Positions 62,521-64,000 of a stretch of DNA of 64,000 bases are shown here, piece after piece. Origin of the DNA: Felis catus (lineage: Eukaryota). A model generated the notes under the pieces. That model did not search any database. It saw only the letters and a list, made by a program, of their open reading frames with translations, and was not told where the DNA came from. The DNA lies in contig NC_058373.1 of assembly GCF_018350175.1 (NCBI RefSeq), positions 113,586,001 through 113,650,000 on the forward strand. Reading direction: 5' to 3'. The position numbers were made by a program, and so were the translations under genes. Every line of letters begins with the position of its first letter. The stretch's first letter is position 1.

Positions 62521-64000
62521 GATATGGCTCAGAATAAAAACTGGTTGTGATTATTAAATACATTTAGATATAAATGTAAGATTTAGCAACAATGGAAACT
62601 GGTAAGGGAACAGAATGTAAACGTTATACAACATGGCGAAGTAAAGCAAAGGTTGGGAGGTAGGTGGGAGGGAATTGGTAATTGTTAATCTCTTTATCTT
62701 TCATAGCAACAAATCCGTCAATACAATCTAAAAGTTAAAAGAGTAATATTAATCTACTGTTTAATAATATTGACCTACTGTTTAAGGTTTTTTAAATCAT
62801 TTTTCTTAACTTTGAGGGATTTTTATTTTTCTCAGTTACTGCTTTCTGAGTGAAGAAGCATTTATCTAAGGTTTAAAATTCTTCAGTTTTAGTTTCTATT
62901 AAGTTCAAGTAAAATTAAATTAATATATATATTTTTAAAGTTAGTGTATTCTCATCCCAGAAATGATAAATTTATTCCTGTTCGTCCATCATCTGTCCCT
63001 GTGACTACCTGTGTTGGGTGATATTCACTAATTTTTAATCCTGAATGTTTCTTGATGTTGAGGTTTTGGATCATTTGTTGCAGTTTTCACTGTATATTTT
63101 GTGTTATTTGAACATTGTGTTATGATATGCATTTTGATGAAAGTGATATAATGAATATATTACCCTGAACAATAGATTTATACTTATACACAGTTTTTTT
63201 AAATACACAGTTTAATATCCTCACTTCTTTTTACATTTATCATGACCTTTCTTTTCTCTTGCCATCATGTTTAATAGCTGCATGGTATTTTATGGCTTTG
63301 ATATATTTCTTCCTCTGATCCTGATCTTTGTTTTTTTCATCTGTAATGACAGAGTTGGATTAGATTAGTAGTTTGCAATCTTTTTCTTTAAACTGTAGAA
63401 TCTTTCCAATAAACAAAACAGTATATAGTTCTTAGAATATAGGTTCAAAGCTCCATGGATTAGGTAATTTCATAGGTTATTCCATTTACCACAAAAACTA
63501 GTTTTTTTCTTAGAAGTATTTTCTTGAGTGACTGCTTTCCATGTGTTAAAAAAAAAAAAGAAATCAGGTAATAGCTATGATCTTTAAAAAATCAGTATTT
63601 TAAAGTACAAGGGAAGGGCCTTTAAAAACCATCCAGCCTATTTCCCTAACTTTTTGATATAAGGAAACCAAGTTTAAGTTGCTCGACTAACATTGCCCAG
63701 CCAACTAAAATGAATGAGGCTTGAGCCCTGATCCTGACTTCCAATCTGTTCCTTCTCCCACAGTACATGTGAATATATATTTTTAAAAATGATGGGCAGG
63801 AAAGATAACAACTTTATCTTAACCTATTTCACATGTAGACTAACTTGTAAATATCAGGAAATATAATTTATAGTGTATTTATTTTCTTCCTTATAAAAAG
63901 AGATCAGCAGTGCAGGCATTATTGAACTCTTAAGTTCTAAGAGTTAGAAAGGAAAGTGAGTGGGATTCTGGCAAGGAAGAAAGCATTTACTTGTCAAAGA

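Noticed and set aside
1..64000. CRISPR arrays, operons or other prokaryotic systems
   Set aside because: The sequence is carnivore genomic DNA with no regularly spaced repeat-spacer array or bacterial-type genes.

Overview
Non-coding mammalian genomic DNA, almost certainly from a felid: it carries about 31 carnivore tRNA-derived CanSINEs (including young SINEC_Fc-type copies) and young L1_Fc-type LINE-1 3' fragments. Older layers include L1M/HAL1, L2, MIR, CR1/L3, ERVL/MaLR LTRs and hAT/Tigger DNA elements. I could not recognise any host protein-coding exon, and the ORF track is explained by L1 ORF1/ORF2 remnants, SINE read-through and simple repeats. About 25 of 31 SINEs lie on the minus strand, which suggests the window is inside a long intron of a plus-strand gene that I cannot identify. 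I found no new biological system. The most notable items are retrotransposition fossils: a tailless 5'-half tRNA-Gly(TCC) retrocopy, an L1 with a 22-nt 3' transduction, two L1 insertions with abutting target-site duplications (TSDs) inside one MER3, and a triplicated SINE target site. Also notable are a diverged ~240-bp local duplication, a CR1/L3 reverse-transcriptase fossil, two strong CTCF-like motifs and a closely spaced inverted SINE pair. Repeat subfamily names come from recalled consensus sequences and need RepeatMasker/Dfam confirmation. Boundaries of old repeats are approximate.
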